A stretch of 18,900 nt of DNA from Candidatus Iainarchaeum sp. (GCA_028713935.1 JAQTNI010000025.1:1-18900); one strand, 5' to 3'. Positions 1-6,764 are shown, counted from the first letter of the stretch. Made by a program: numbers and translations. Notes: generated from the sequence alone by a model not told the origin.

Positions 1-454
1 AAAAACCGCTTAGGAAAACAATCGGGAAAAAAATAAACGGCGACAAAACAAGCCACAAAAATCTTGAAACAACAGTTCCATGCACAATTTTTTTTTTCAG
101 GGAACCAGTGACAATATTGAAAGTGTTCATCGCATCAATTTTGCTTGGAAAAGAAAAAAGTATTATTGACAAGCCAAGCCAGTAAAACAAAACAGAAAGC
201 AAAAACATTCTTGAAACCAATTCAAATGCAAAAATTAATAATCCAAGGCCAAGAATTGTCCCTATTGCAAAAGGCGCAATGCTGATAATTGGCGACTGCC
301 ATGCTTTTGGAACCTCATGCCTGACAAAAGCCTCTTCAGGGTCAAAAAGCCTGATTTCCCTGACTCTCACGCCTACAAGCACACAGGCAAGGTAATGTGA
401 CAATTCGTGAAAAACAATGCCTGGAAAAAAAACATTTTGAAATTTAAAAGCCAT
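1..454 (-). CDS. Partial polytopic membrane protein (3' end cut by the window edge) with an HExxH zinc-metalloprotease motif; M50/site-2-protease-like or DUF3267-like
   Basis: It is absent from the ORF track because it runs off the left edge. The reverse-complement frame from ATG (454-452) reads MAFKFQNVFFPGIVFHELSHYLACVLVGVRVREIRLFDPEEAFVRHEVPKAWQSPIISIAPFAIGTILGLGLLIFAFELVSRMFLLSVLFYWLGLSIILFSFPSKIDAMN... and stays open to position 2. There is an in-frame upstream stop at 535-533. HELSH sits in a hydrophobic segment, followed by several TM-like helices and an FPSKID (PxxxD-like) segment, as in intramembrane metalloproteases. Confidence 0.5.
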   Translation of the reverse strand, partial: MAFKFQNVFFPGIVFHELSHYLACVLVGVRVREIRLFDPEEAFVRHEVPKAWQSPIISIAPFAIGTILGLGLLIFAFELVSRMFLLSVLFYWLGLSIILFSFPSKIDAMNTFNIVTGSLKKKIVHGTVVSRFLWLVLSPFIFFPIVFLSGF

Positions 455-502
455 AAAAAAAACCTTTTCCAATAAAGAGAAACCAATGAAAGAAATAAAA
501 CC

Positions 503-581
503 GCTTCGCAAAAGCCTTTTGAAGCGCTCATTTCATTCGCTTTCAAAAGCCTTGGGAAAGAATTGCTTCGCAAAAGCCTTT
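503..581. repeat. Exact 17-nt direct repeat GCTTCGCAAAAGCCTTT (503-519 and 565-581) plus a degenerate copy (CAAAAGCCTT, 544-553) in the divergent intergenic region
   Basis: Read directly from the sequence. Copy 1 also forms an imperfect hairpin with 520-526 (CGCTTC..GAAGCG). A 14-nt match, TTGCTTCGCAAAAG (563-576), recurs at 6824-6837. Confidence 0.6.
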
Positions 582-662
582 CTTTAAAAAAATAAAGAAT
601 TTCTAAAAAAAAACTGAAAATGTACAGAAGATATTTATTTTGAACGGTGTTATTTGTAAAAG

Positions 663-764
663 ATGAAAGCACAAGGCTCTTTGGAATACTTGCTGATTAT
701 TGGCGGGGCAATTGTTGTTTCTGCTGTTGTGATTGTAAGCATTTTAGGCATTGCCAACTTAGGC
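663..764 (+). other. Class III (prepilin-like) signal peptide / pilin N-terminal hydrophobic helix, DUF361-like Q-x-S-x-E-Y motif
   Basis: MKA|QGSLEYLLIIGGAIVVSAVVIVSILGIANLG has a short charged N-region followed by QGSLEY and an uninterrupted hydrophobic helix. This resembles euryarchaeal EppA-type pilin signals (Q at +1, E at +5). Confidence 0.6.
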
Positions 765-3700
765 CCGAATTTTTTGCCGCAACAAATAACAGACATTTTT
801 GGAAACCCGTTAAACCAAACAACACCAGGAACAGGGCCCCAACAATTCCACTATGACTGCATAAACAGCAAATGCATCCAGGTAAACGGAGCAGGAATAA
901 ACAAATGCAATCCCGCAATCTTGAACTGTACAATAATTACCTGCACAGACACAAGCTGCCACACAACCTGCCAAAACCTAAACTGTGTCCAAATTCACAG
1001 CCCCGGCACAAACCAATGCACTACCAATGCAGACTGCAACTGCAACAACCAAAACATTTCACTCAGCGGATTTGTCAAGCAACAAAACAACAATCCAGTG
1101 CCGGACATTGAACTGGCTGCCAGCAATAATGGAGGAAATACTGCCAGCAATGCCAATGGATTCTATTTATTGCCGGAAACCTGCCATTGGAGCGGAAGCC
1201 TGACACCCAGTTCAAACGACTGGAATTTCACGCCAAGCAGCAGAATTTACGCCAACCTTGACTCTAATTTAATAGACCAAAATTTTGTGGCAATACCGCT
1301 CAATTTTTTTGAAGACCATTATGACAACCTCAACCATGTTGACCCGGCAAGTTTTGTCAATATCACTGGAGAAAATGGCATCATGCACTTGGTGGACACC
1401 ACTGATTCCGGAGAAATCAATCCTGCAGACTGGGGCAGTTCATTGGTTGGATTATGGCATCTGGACGGAAACGCATCAGACAGCTCTGGAAACAACAATA
1501 ATGGAACAATCAGTGGCAACCCTATTTTCAAAACAGGCAGCAATGCAATTTTCGGCCAGGCATTGGATTTTGATGGTACAGGAGACAGGATAAGCGTAAA
1601 CAATAGTGCCAGCATTAATTCTGCCAGCGGAACAGGCCAGGCCAGAACATGGGCATACTGGATTTTTTATCGCGGCGGAAACAACACGTCAATTACAGAC
1701 AAGACCAATGGCTTTGCAGGAAAACATTTTTGGAGCGAATCCCAAACAGATTATATCCGCGGCGGTGTAAATACAGACCAGGACAACCCAGTGAATTCAC
1801 CCACTTTGACAACTAACCAATGGTACCACCTTGCTTTTACTTATGACGGCAGCCAAGCACGATTATACCTGAATGGCAATCTTGTTGACGGCCCAAAAAC
1901 ACAAACAGCCACAGCAGATAATACTAACAACCTGTTTTTGATGGCGGACAGCAGCATAGGCGCTGAAACCAGTGGAATACTGGACGAATTTGCAGTCTGG
2001 AACCGCGCGCTTTCCGATGCCGAAATCCAAGGCATTGCCAATGCAGCAGGGACACCAACAGGCTCTTTTGAATCCACGGAAATTCCAATAAACGGAACAA
2101 TTGATTCCCTGACTGCGCAATGGGACACGATAATTGAAAACAATGCAACAATAGAGATCAGCTTTGATAACGGAGCCCACTGGTGCACTGTTTCAAACGG
2201 CCAGACAATTACAAATTCAAATTGCCCTTCCATTAATTCTGATTTCAAATATAAGGCTATGCTTGAAGGCTCGACTGCCCTGCACAAGGTCAGGTTCAAC
2301 TGGGCAAAAGCACTGCCAGCTGTATGCGGAAATGAAACAATTGAAACAGGAGAAATTTGTGACCCGCCGGAAAACACGCAAACCTGCACAACAAGCGAAG
2401 GATACACAGGAACCCAAGCATGTAATTCTACTTGCACTGGATGGAACAGTTGCACAAGCACACAATACTGCGGAGACGGACAACTCAACGGAACCGAAGC
2501 ATGCGATGGCAGCAACCTGAACAGCCAGACTTGTGTTACCCAAGGATTCACAGGCGGAACACTTGACTGCAATGCCAACTGCACTTTCAATACCAGCCAA
2601 TGCACTGTTCCAACTTGTGGAGACGGCATCATCAATGGCACTGAACAATGTGATGGCAGCAACCTGAACGGGCAAACTTGCCAGTCACTCGGATACAGCG
2701 GCGGAACATTAACCTGCACAGGCTGTTCCTACAACACTTCGCAATGCACTGCGCCTTCTTTCACAATGCCAATTGGAATACCAAACGCAACATTCGGATT
2801 GAACGAACAAGCACCCGCCTATAACCAATCCACTTCCAATCATTATTACGTGGATAAGAGTTCTCCTTCCTGTAACGATTCCGGCAACAGCGGCAGAGGA
2901 TCACCAGCAACTCCGCGCTGCACTATTCCAACCAATACGCTCTCCGCAGGTTCTTTGGTGGAAATTCACGGCGGGCCTTATACTGGCACCAACATCAACC
3001 TCTCCGGAAATGGAAGCGCAGTTTCCCCGGTTTTCATCCGCGGAGCAAGTTCTTCTGCCAAGCCTGTTTTCAGGCCAACCTACTCCGTCATAGTGTCTGG
3101 AAGCTACATAATTTTAGAAAACATTGATTTGGATGGCTGGTCTGCAGAAAGCAATGACACTGGCATTAGTCTGGATTCTGTTCACCACATTGCCCTGCGG
3201 AACTTGGAAGTGCATAATGGTCCTGATGCAACCACTTCAGCGATTAGCTTGGGCGGAACCAGCGGACAACCCACGCATGATATTTTAATTTACAATAGTG
3301 CAATCCATGATAATGGAGACTGGCAAGTTACCACTGACCAGGACCATCACGGCAGTGGATTTGCAGCCTATGTGAAGAATATCTGGATTTTGAACAGCCA
3401 GTTTTACCATAACAGCGGCGACGGAATCCAGATTACAAACGGCAATGATCCCTGTCCATTGCGTGAAACAGTACACGACATTTTCATTGGCAATAACACT
3501 GCCTGGGAAAACAAGCAAACGGGTTTCTGGGTGAAATGCGCAGTTGACGTGGTTTTTTCACAAAACACAAGCTATGCACATATGGGGGGCGTGAACGGGG
3601 ACGGAACAGGCATTGGCGGACAATACCAAGCTGACAGAATCTGGTTCCTGTTCAACAAGGCGTATGGAAACGGGCGCGGAGTAGCGACCGGAGAGATAAC

Positions 3701-4145
3701 CGACGGAACTATGTATTTTATTGGAAACCTTTCATATGACAACGACACTGGTTTCAATAGCTGGGGCCCTGCAACACGTTATCTCATCAACAACACTATT
3801 GTAGACAATCCGTATGGATTGGACTTTGGAAACGGAAACGGAACCAACTATTTTATCAACAATATTTTTACGGGAACGCTGGATGGCGAAGATAAGATCA
3901 CAGAAAACCTCAACAACCTGTTCGGAACGACTGCCACCATGAAATTCGTGAATTCGGGCTTAAATGATTACCATTTGCAACCCATCAGCCCTGCGCGCAA
4001 CACTGGAAGCGGAACAGGAACAGTCCAAAGCGTGTTCAGCACGTACCAATCCCGCTTCGGAGTTGACATCAAAAAAGACCTTGATGCAATCACAAGGCCA
4101 CAGGAAGGAACATGGGACATCGGGGCATTTGAATACCACACATAA
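663..4145 (+). CDS. Large secreted/surface protein: class III (type IV pilin-like) signal peptide, N-terminal Cys-rich module, LamG (concanavalin-A-like) domain, 3 tandem Cys-rich repeats, C-terminal right-handed parallel beta-helix
   Basis: A 1160-aa ORF. The N-terminus is MKAQGSLEYLLIIGGAIVVSAVVIV. The LamG signature reads LVGLWHLDGNASDSSGNNNNGTISG...GQALDFDG..WYHLAFTYDGSQARLYLNGNLVDG...LDEFAVWNRALSDAEIQ. The Cys-rich repeats are of the CGDGxxNGTExCDGSNLNxQTC type. Beta-helix coils include NIDLDG, IHDNGD, YHNSGDGIQI and FIGNNTAWEN. The C-terminus carries the typical cap, DYHLQPISPARNTGS...RPQEGTWDIGAFEY. N-x-S/T sequons are numerous. Confidence 0.9.
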   Translation: MKAQGSLEYLLIIGGAIVVSAVVIVSILGIANLGPNFLPQQITDIFGNPLNQTTPGTGPQQFHYDCINSKCIQVNGAGINKCNPAILNCTIITCTDTSCHTTCQNLNCVQIHSPGTNQCTTNADCNCNNQNISLSGFVKQQNNNPVPDIELAASNNGGNTASNANGFYLLPETCHWSGSLTPSSNDWNFTPSSRIYANLDSNLIDQNFVAIPLNFFEDHYDNLNHVDPASFVNITGENGIMHLVDTTDSGEINPADWGSSLVGLWHLDGNASDSSGNNNNGTISGNPIFKTGSNAIFGQALDFDGTGDRISVNNSASINSASGTGQARTWAYWIFYRGGNNTSITDKTNGFAGKHFWSESQTDYIRGGVNTDQDNPVNSPTLTTNQWYHLAFTYDGSQARLYLNGNLVDGPKTQTATADNTNNLFLMADSSIGAETSGILDEFAVWNRALSDAEIQGIANAAGTPTGSFESTEIPINGTIDSLTAQWDTIIENNATIEISFDNGAHWCTVSNGQTITNSNCPSINSDFKYKAMLEGSTALHKVRFNWAKALPAVCGNETIETGEICDPPENTQTCTTSEGYTGTQACNSTCTGWNSCTSTQYCGDGQLNGTEACDGSNLNSQTCVTQGFTGGTLDCNANCTFNTSQCTVPTCGDGIINGTEQCDGSNLNGQTCQSLGYSGGTLTCTGCSYNTSQCTAPSFTMPIGIPNATFGLNEQAPAYNQSTSNHYYVDKSSPSCNDSGNSGRGSPATPRCTIPTNTLSAGSLVEIHGGPYTGTNINLSGNGSAVSPVFIRGASSSAKPVFRPTYSVIVSGSYIILENIDLDGWSAESNDTGISLDSVHHIALRNLEVHNGPDATTSAISLGGTSGQPTHDILIYNSAIHDNGDWQVTTDQDHHGSGFAAYVKNIWILNSQFYHNSGDGIQITNGNDPCPLRETVHDIFIGNNTAWENKQTGFWVKCAVDVVFSQNTSYAHMGGVNGDGTGIGGQYQADRIWFLFNKAYGNGRGVATGEITDGTMYFIGNLSYDNDTGFNSWGPATRYLINNTIVDNPYGLDFGNGNGTNYFINNIFTGTLDGEDKITENLNNLFGTTATMKFVNSGLNDYHLQPISPARNTGSGTGTVQSVFSTYQSRFGVDIKKDLDAITRPQEGTWDIGAFEYHT
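1440..2030 (+). other. LamG / Laminin_G_3-like lectin-fold domain inside the 663-4145 CDS
   Basis: It shows the sequence hallmarks listed for the parent CDS (LWHLDGNA...DFDG...WYHLAFTYDG...LYLNG...DEFAVWNRALS..EI). Confidence 0.75.
2325..2756 (+). repeat. Three tandem ~48-49-aa cysteine-rich repeats (CG[ND][EG]xxxxGExCD...6 Cys per unit), similar to the 'Myxococcus cysteine-rich repeat'/DUF4215 type
   Basis: Units start at 2325 (CGNETIETGEICD), 2469 (CGDGQLNGTEACDGSNLNSQTC) and 2616 (CGDGIINGTEQCDGSNLNGQTC). Units 2 and 3 are 147 nt apart and share an identical 18-mer, GATGGCAGCAACCTGAAC. Confidence 0.8.
2950..4142 (+). other. Right-handed parallel beta-helix (PbH1/pectate-lyase-like) region of the 663-4145 CDS
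   Basis: Short coils rich in N/G/D/I recur (ILENIDLDG, LRNLEVHNG, LIYNSAIHDNGD, ILNSQFYHNSGDGIQI, IFIGNNTAWENK, FSQNTSYA, FLFNKAYGNGRG, FIGNLSYDND, LINNTIVDN, FINNIFTG), and the region ends with the DYHLQP...DIGAFEY cap. Confidence 0.75.
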
Positions 4146-4168
4146 AAAAAAGAATTAAGAAAACTTTA

Positions 4169-4828
4169 TCATTTTGCTTCGCCTCTTTTTTTGCGCCTTG
4201 CGAGTTCTTCTTCAAAAAGAGGCTGAAATGGAGCTCTTGCTAAACTCATTGGCCTTCCCTCATCAAATGCCCATTGCTGGCGGAATGGAGTTGGGAGCTC
4301 GTGTTTTTCAATCTGTTCTTCGAATTCCCACATAAACCCTATTACTCTTTCTAATGCATGGTATGTCTCTAAAATGCCTTCGAGTTTGTTTAATGGCATG
4401 GCGCGTATTTCTTTTTTAGTTGGAATTATTTCATATATGTTTGGTGGGAAATAGTAAGCGGGTCTAATTGATTCCGAGCCAACACGCACATATGCTCTTT
4501 GGTTGGCTGCCCGGTGCAGTAGCCTATTGCTCAGTTCTGCTCGTTTTGATTGGGCTGTTACAGATTGGCAGCAATCCTTGAGGTGCTTATTTAATTGGTT
4601 GTACAGCATTCGGTAGTGTTCTCTTGCTTGTTCGTATTCATTCCAACGTTCACTTGTTGCCGGGGTTGTTCTCCATTTCTGATGTCTTTTGCGGATGGCA
4701 TGCTTTGCAGTATTTAGCCATTGAGAGAATTTTTTGAACAAAACACCACATTGGTTGTTAAAGTATTGTTTCGAACCCATTAATTGCTTTTGGTATGCTG
4801 AAAAAAAGATTAAAAAATTTTTAAACAT
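4169..4828 (-). CDS. Hypothetical protein with no recognisable family; predicted largely helical, with basic stretches near both ends
   Basis: A 219-aa ORF in an AT-rich genome where random ORFs of this length are unlikely. An alternative start is M17 (ATG at 4780-4778, MGSKQYFNN). I recognise no motif. By eye, its composition looks slightly more G/C-rich than the flanking genes. Confidence 0.65.
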   Translation of the reverse strand: MFKNFLIFFSAYQKQLMGSKQYFNNQCGVLFKKFSQWLNTAKHAIRKRHQKWRTTPATSERWNEYEQAREHYRMLYNQLNKHLKDCCQSVTAQSKRAELSNRLLHRAANQRAYVRVGSESIRPAYYFPPNIYEIIPTKKEIRAMPLNKLEGILETYHALERVIGFMWEFEEQIEKHELPTPFRQQWAFDEGRPMSLARAPFQPLFEEELARRKKRGEAK

Positions 4829-4891
4829 TAAATAATTGCGAAATCACGGGTTTTACTCCTAAAAAATTTAACTATTTTTTCACTACAAAAA

Positions 4892-4926
4892 GCAATGTTT
4901 TAAATAAGGTTTCTTGCAATATTTTA
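4892..4926. promoter_or_regulatory. Direct repeat GCAAT(G/A)TTTTA x2 (4892-4902, 4916-4926) in the divergent promoter region between the orphan gene and the TA-like pair; candidate operator overlapping AT-rich TATA-like sequence
   Basis: Two 11-mers differ at one position and their starts are 24 nt apart. TTTTAAATAAGG (4898-4909) is TATA-like and lies about 25-30 nt upstream of the 4930/4939 start. Confidence 0.25.
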
Positions 4927-4929
4927 TTA

Positions 4930-5223
4930 GTGAGTTTCATGGGCATTGTTTGGACTCAACATGCAATGGAAAGGTTTCTTGAGCGTGCATTGCTTTACGG
5001 CTTTTCAAGGGCAGAAATTGAAGAAATAATCCGGAAACAACAGGTGCGGATTGATTGCGGATTTGATGAAAAATACAAAACTAAAAAATTTGAAACAATT
5101 GGAATTGTCATGAACAAGTTTTTTACTATTGAGAAAGCCGAGGATAAAAAAAAGATTATTGTCATTACTTTATGGGAATCTGACAAAAAGGAGGCAGAAT
5201 TATGGCTGGCAAAACAAAAATAA
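4930..5223 (+). CDS. DUF4258-like small protein; putative toxin component of a type II TA-like pair
   Basis: The ORF is 97 aa from GTG 4930, or 94 aa from ATG 4939. The pattern WTQHAMERFLERALLYGFSRAEIEEIIRK...KKIIVITLWES matches the DUF4258 consensus as I recall it (H-A-x-E-R-x-x-E-R-G-I-s-x-e-e-I-e-e-v-i ... v-V-I-T-v-y). It overlaps the next ORF by 22 nt. Confidence 0.6.
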   Translation: MSFMGIVWTQHAMERFLERALLYGFSRAEIEEIIRKQQVRIDCGFDEKYKTKKFETIGIVMNKFFTIEKAEDKKKIIVITLWESDKKEAELWLAKQK

Positions 5224-5540
5224 AATGCCCTTTCTGTGAAGGGGAAGCTGTACTTTCAAAAGCGAATTTGGCCTTGTTTAGCGGTGCTATTTCGCTGCCT
5301 GACAATCCAATTTATGAATGTATACAATGCAAAGAAAAATTTTCAGCAGGCAAAATGGTTGATGCAACTTTGGAAAGAGCAAAAAAAGAATTCAATTTCA
5401 CAAGGCAAATAATCTCAACAGGCGGAAGTTTAGGGATAACATTTCCGCCGGATCTTTCAGAATACTGCAATCTTGAGAGGGGAGAAAACATAAAACTAGT
5501 GCCAAAATCAAAAAAAGAAATAAGCATGATAATAGAATAA
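5202..5540 (+). CDS. Putative antitoxin/DNA-binding protein: N-terminal YgiT/MqsA-type zinc ribbon fused to a C-terminal SpoVT/AbrB-like (swapped-hairpin) domain
   Basis: Two CxxC pairs are present (KCPFCEGEAVL...YECIQCKEKF). The C-terminus, RQIISTGGSLGITFPPDLSEYCNLERGENIKLVP, resembles AbrB/MazE-fold segments. A strong SD, AGGAGG (5189-5194), lies 7 nt upstream of ATG 5202, inside the 3' end of the preceding ORF. Confidence 0.6.
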   Translation: MAGKTKIKCPFCEGEAVLSKANLALFSGAISLPDNPIYECIQCKEKFSAGKMVDATLERAKKEFNFTRQIISTGGSLGITFPPDLSEYCNLERGENIKLVPKSKKEISMIIE

Positions 5541-5553
5541 AGATTGTTGAATG

Positions 5554-5597
5554 CAATTTCAATGTTTGAAAAAATTAATGCAGCAAACATGCAATTG
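5554..5597. terminator. Imperfect inverted repeat in the convergent spacer (CAATT..ATGTTTG / CAAACAT..AATTG); possible bidirectional terminator structure
   Basis: 5554-5558 and 5562-5568 pair with 5584-5590 and 5593-5597. A further TCAAACATT at 5631-5639 is complementary to AATGTTTGA at 5561-5569. Confidence 0.2.
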
Positions 5598-5658
5598 GCC
5601 AGAGGATAAACACGCAGTTACAATTTGAAATCAAACATTAAAAATCAAAAACAGGCAG

Positions 5659-6090
5659 TTATTCTTCAATTTCAATTCCAAATTCTGAGTCAATTTCTTT
5701 TGCTGTTTTTTTCATTTTTTCAAAAATCCTTTCAATGTCTTCCTGGATTTCCTCAATTGTGCGGAACATGCTTCTGCTTCTGGGAATGTAAAGCCTGCCC
5801 TGCCTTGTAATAAGTCCGCTTCTCTGGAGATTGTTCAGATGGTTAATGACAGAGCCGCGGCTCATTTTCACTGTCTTTGAAATCTGGGTGCTTGAAACAG
5901 GCCTGTTGCTTTCAGTTGCCCTTACAACTGCCTTGAAAACACTGAAAGCAGTTTTTTCCCTGTCAATTGGCTCAAAAAAGCCAAGGCTGCTGCAAATCCA
6001 TTCAAGCTCCCTGTCAAGGTCCCTTGAAAAAGGAAGCTCAATTCTCTTGACAACAACCTTGAAATTATTTTTTCCTGAAAGGCGGGCCAT
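5659..6090 (-). CDS. Winged helix-turn-helix transcriptional regulator (ArsR/MarR/TrmB-like wHTH), divergent from grpE; candidate heat-shock operon regulator
   Basis: The track ORF is 5659-6285, but its first 65 codons are Cys/Leu-rich junk that overlaps grpE. I place the start at ATG 6090-6088 (MARLSGKNNF...). The HTH segment is RPVSSTQISKTVKMSRGSVINHLNNLQRSGLITRQGRLYIP, followed by an acidic helical tail. Confidence 0.7.
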   Translation of the reverse strand: MARLSGKNNFKVVVKRIELPFSRDLDRELEWICSSLGFFEPIDREKTAFSVFKAVVRATESNRPVSSTQISKTVKMSRGSVINHLNNLQRSGLITRQGRLYIPRSRSMFRTIEEIQEDIERIFEKMKKTAKEIDSEFGIEIEE

Positions 6091-6145
6091 ATCAAAAAAA
6101 TGCCCAGAAAAGAATAAAAAGGTTTTGTTCAAAATAGTATGTAAA

Positions 6146-6155
6146 TGTTTAAACA
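6146..6155. promoter_or_regulatory. Perfect 10-nt palindrome TGTTTAAACA in the regulator/grpE divergent intergenic region; shared TATA-like element or operator
   Basis: Read directly from the sequence. It lies 10 nt upstream of the first possible grpE start (GTG 6165) and 56 nt upstream of the regulator ATG (6090). Confidence 0.3.
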
Positions 6156-6164
6156 ATTTAGACA

Positions 6165-6764
6165 GTGATTGGTTTGGATAAGGCTGTAAAAGAAACAAAA
6201 GCAAGCAGCGGCAGCAGCAACAGTAGTGCGGCTGATGCATTGCAGAAAGAAGCCAGGGAGCCTGAAAAAAAGCAGCAGGAAACAAGCAAAAAACCAGAGT
6301 TTAAGGCGGAAAATGATAAAAATGATGCCGAAATAAAGGAATTAAAGGGAGTTATCCAGAGGCTGCAGGCTGACTTTGAAAATTATTGCAAGCGCATTGA
6401 AAGGCAGAAAAAGGAATTTGTTGAATTCGCAAACACTGAGACAATAAGGGAATTTTTGCCTTTGCTTGACAGTTTTCAGGCAGCAATTGAAAAAATTGAA
6501 AAGCATGAAACTATTTCAAAAAAAGACGCTTTGGAAGGAATGGTTGCGCTTCAAAAACAGTTTCTTTCAATAATGCAAAAGCATGGCCTCAGGGAAATTA
6601 AAAGCATTGGGGAAAAATTTGACCCTGCCCTGCACGAAGCGGTTTTAAAGGAAACAAGGCAAGAAAAAGCTGATGAAGAAGTGCTTGAAGAACTGCAGAA
6701 AGGATTCCTATTGAAAGGAAAGCTTTTGAGGCCAGCAAAGGTAAAAATTAACAGCAGGCAATAA
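6165..6764 (+). CDS. grpE: GrpE nucleotide-exchange factor for DnaK
   Basis: The sequence is typical of GrpE: LKGVIQRLQADFENYCKRIERQKKEFVEFANTETIREFLPLLDSFQAA...KHGLREIKSIGEKFDPALHEAV...VLEELQKGFLLKGKLLRPAKVKI. No in-frame ATG exists after the stop at 6159-6161, so the start must be GTG 6165 or TTG 6174. The start is therefore uncertain. Confidence 0.9.
   Translation: MIGLDKAVKETKASSGSSNSSAADALQKEAREPEKKQQETSKKPEFKAENDKNDAEIKELKGVIQRLQADFENYCKRIERQKKEFVEFANTETIREFLPLLDSFQAAIEKIEKHETISKKDALEGMVALQKQFLSIMQKHGLREIKSIGEKFDPALHEAVLKETRQEKADEEVLEELQKGFLLKGKLLRPAKVKINSRQ

Noticed and set aside
373-672. 99-aa minus-strand ORF from the track (MLSSFTNNTVQNKYLL...)
   Set aside because: It is low-complexity and F/L/K-rich, and it spans the AT-rich intergenic region. 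Its 3' part overlaps, in another frame, the much more protein-like HExxH ORF (1-454). It is probably spurious.
1841-2719. 292-aa antisense ORF inside the 663-4145 gene
   Set aside because: It is a shadow ORF opposite a strongly supported multidomain CDS. Its translation is Pro/Val/Ser/Cys-rich with no domain signature, and it lies opposite the repetitive Cys-rich region, which suppresses antisense stops.
4146-5658. Mobile-element boundaries (att-like direct repeats, terminal inverted repeats, integrase/transposase) around the accessory islet
   Set aside because: No recombinase gene is present, and I could not find matching flanking repeats by eye. The 'islet' status rests only on gene content and apparent composition, so it is not called a mobile element.
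6091-6285. N-terminal 65-codon extension of the 5659-6285 track ORF
   Set aside because: The extension (MFPAAFFQAPWLLSAMHQPHYCCCCRCLLL...) is non-protein-like and overlaps the grpE coding region on the other strand. The internal ATG at 6090 gives a compact wHTH protein and a sensible divergent promoter.
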